From positions 1 through 46,416 of IMG/VR virus record IMGVR_UViG_3300020042_004802: a DNA stretch of 46,416 bases, one strand, 5' to 3'. Below are positions 45,164 to 46,416 of this stretch, piece after piece. Source of the stretch: a virus. Its lineage: Duplodnaviria > Caudoviricetes. The position numbers and the translations under genes are program-made. Positions within the stretch are counted from its first letter, which is position 1; each line of letters starts with the position of its first letter. Below the pieces are notes generated by a model that did not search any database, was not told the DNA's origin, and saw only the letters and a list, made by a program, of their open reading frames with translations.

Positions 45164-45185
45164 TACAACCAAACAATGAAATAAT

Positions 45186-46256
45186 ATGGCAGAGCCAATT
45201 AACTTAGACGAATTATTGTCTAAAAACGAACCAATTGAAACAACAGAAGAGACCACAACGACTTCCGAAGAAACTAATAGCGAAGATGATGCTACTGAAG
45301 TTGAAGGAGTTGATGTTTCTAATGAAGATAATGAGCCTCAAAACGTTGAGGATTCAGTAGATAGTACTACGCAAGAGGAAACCTCGGAAGGATACGCAGA
45401 AGAAACTGTAGTTCAGGAACCTGATAAGAGTCAGGATGACACAGAGTCTGCACCAGAAGAGCAACCAAAGGCGCAGTATCAATTTAAAGACCCGTTCATT
45501 GAAAAGGCAGTACAGTACTACGAGACGTATGGTACACTACAACCTTTTTTAAGAGCAACTGAAGTCGATTACACAGAAATGACTGACTTAGAAGTACTCA
45601 AAGTTAAGTTCGACACAGAGAACTCTGACTTAAGTCCTAAGGCAAAGCAGAAACTGTTTGACAAGGAGCTTGAACGGTATGATTTAGATGCGTATGATGA
45701 GGAAGACAAGGAAGTCGGAGAAGCTTTATTAAGGCGAGATGCACAAAAGCTACGAAAGACCTTTATGGAAGAGCAACAGCAATTCCTAAACAACGTTGAA
45801 TCACCACAAGCGTCGACAGGTCCTTCGCAAGAAGAGCTTGCTGCTCAACAAGAACAGAGCAGAAAAATTATTAGTGAAGGAGTATCAGGAGTAGTTAAAG
45901 ACAACATTATTAAAATAGGTGCTAACGGAGAAGGTATTAACTACCAGATTCAAGACACAAATACTGTAGTTGACTACGCAATGGACTCAAACAAGTTTCT
46001 TTCTATCTTTGCAAAAGACGGAAGTGTTGACTGGGATAAGTGGACAAAAACAGTTGCATTCGCACAGAATCCAACTCAATTTATAAGCGAGTTAATTAAA
46101 CACGGAAAGTCTTTAGGACGTAAGGCAATGGAATCCGAACTAAAGAATGTTGTACCTCCGACGATTAACAAGACGGTTGTTGAGTCTAACAATATTGAAA
46201 GACCATCAGATGACCCGATTGCATTCTTACAAGGTATGACTATTACTAAAAAATAG
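45186..46256 (+). CDS. Probable capsid scaffolding/assembly protein
   Basis: Highly acidic disordered N-terminus and helical body; lies between portal and the next structural gene. Confidence 0.65.
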   Translation: MAEPINLDELLSKNEPIETTEETTTTSEETNSEDDATEVEGVDVSNEDNEPQNVEDSVDSTTQEETSEGYAEETVVQEPDKSQDDTESAPEEQPKAQYQFKDPFIEKAVQYYETYGTLQPFLRATEVDYTEMTDLEVLKVKFDTENSDLSPKAKQKLFDKELERYDLDAYDEEDKEVGEALLRRDAQKLRKTFMEEQQQFLNNVESPQASTGPSQEELAAQQEQSRKIISEGVSGVVKDNIIKIGANGEGINYQIQDTNTVVDYAMDSNKFLSIFAKDGSVDWDKWTKTVAFAQNPTQFISELIKHGKSLGRKAMESELKNVVPPTINKTVVESNNIERPSDDPIAFLQGMTITKK

Positions 46257-46284
46257 TGTTTAACAACAATTAAATTATTTAAAA

Positions 46285-46416
46285 ATGGCTATTGCAGCAG
46301 GTAACATCGACAGAACATTCTTGTCGACTGTATCATTCACAAACACGTTAGAGCAACGTGAAATTTTAAAGGACGTTCTTGACATCTATGATGAAGAGGC
46401 TTCTATGTTGGACTTA
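46285..46416 (+). CDS. 5' end of probable major capsid protein (truncated by window)
   Basis: Open frame MAIAAGNIDRTFLSTVSFTNTLEQREILKDVLDIYDEEASMLDL to the window end; inferred from TerL-portal-scaffold-MCP order. Confidence 0.55.
   Translation, partial: MAIAAGNIDRTFLSTVSFTNTLEQREILKDVLDIYDEEASMLDL

Noticed and set aside
621-45793. Many 60-150 aa antisense or nested ORFs in the track (for example 10372-10830, 13846-14229, 24555-24827, 41311-41613)
   Set aside because: They lie fully inside well-supported genes on the other strand or frame and look like shadow ORFs.
1-46416. Stop-codon reassignment as in some crAss-like phages
   Set aside because: Long genes are intact under the standard bacterial code, TAG and TGA end genes normally, and no suppressor tRNA is seen.

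Overview
This window is a ~46 kb segment of an AT-rich tailed bacteriophage infecting a Bacteroidota host (several TTTG-N19-21-TAnnTTTG promoters). Its virion module is podovirus-type and resembles crAss-like/flavobacterial phages. Layout: (1) 0.9-18.5 kb, + strand: tail ring/tube proteins, a tail stabilisation protein, probable ejection proteins and a 3047-aa polyvalent protein (zincin HExxH, LRR-like, ADP-ribosyltransferase-like and LPD38-like modules). (2) 18.5-20.9 kb, +: a ferritin-like protein and small basic proteins. (3) 20.9-38.6 kb, - strand: early and replication genes (DUF932-like, HTH initiator with internal iterons, DnaB, PD-(D/E)XK nuclease, two NUMOD4-HNH, SSB-like, RusA-like, many small ORFs). 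(4) 38.6-39.3 kb: a divergent non-coding region, possibly the genome end. (5) 39.4-46.4 kb, +: tandem GroES-like protein, probable TerS, TerL, portal, scaffold-like protein and the start of the probable major capsid gene. The most striking content is non-coding. The early transcript carries, in order, a structured leader with a BoxA-like site, an aberrant CCA-ending tRNA-like element, a type I hammerhead ribozyme and five covarying ~25-nt pseudoknots, each 7-13 nt before a start codon. Also seen: two promoter-linked kissing-loop leaders before the replication genes, a second anticodon-less tRNA-like element, a second iteron array before the terminase genes, an RQQ motif at module junctions of the giant protein, and an apparently GATC-free 21 kb half. 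All calls come from reading the sequence; no database searches or folding programs were run.
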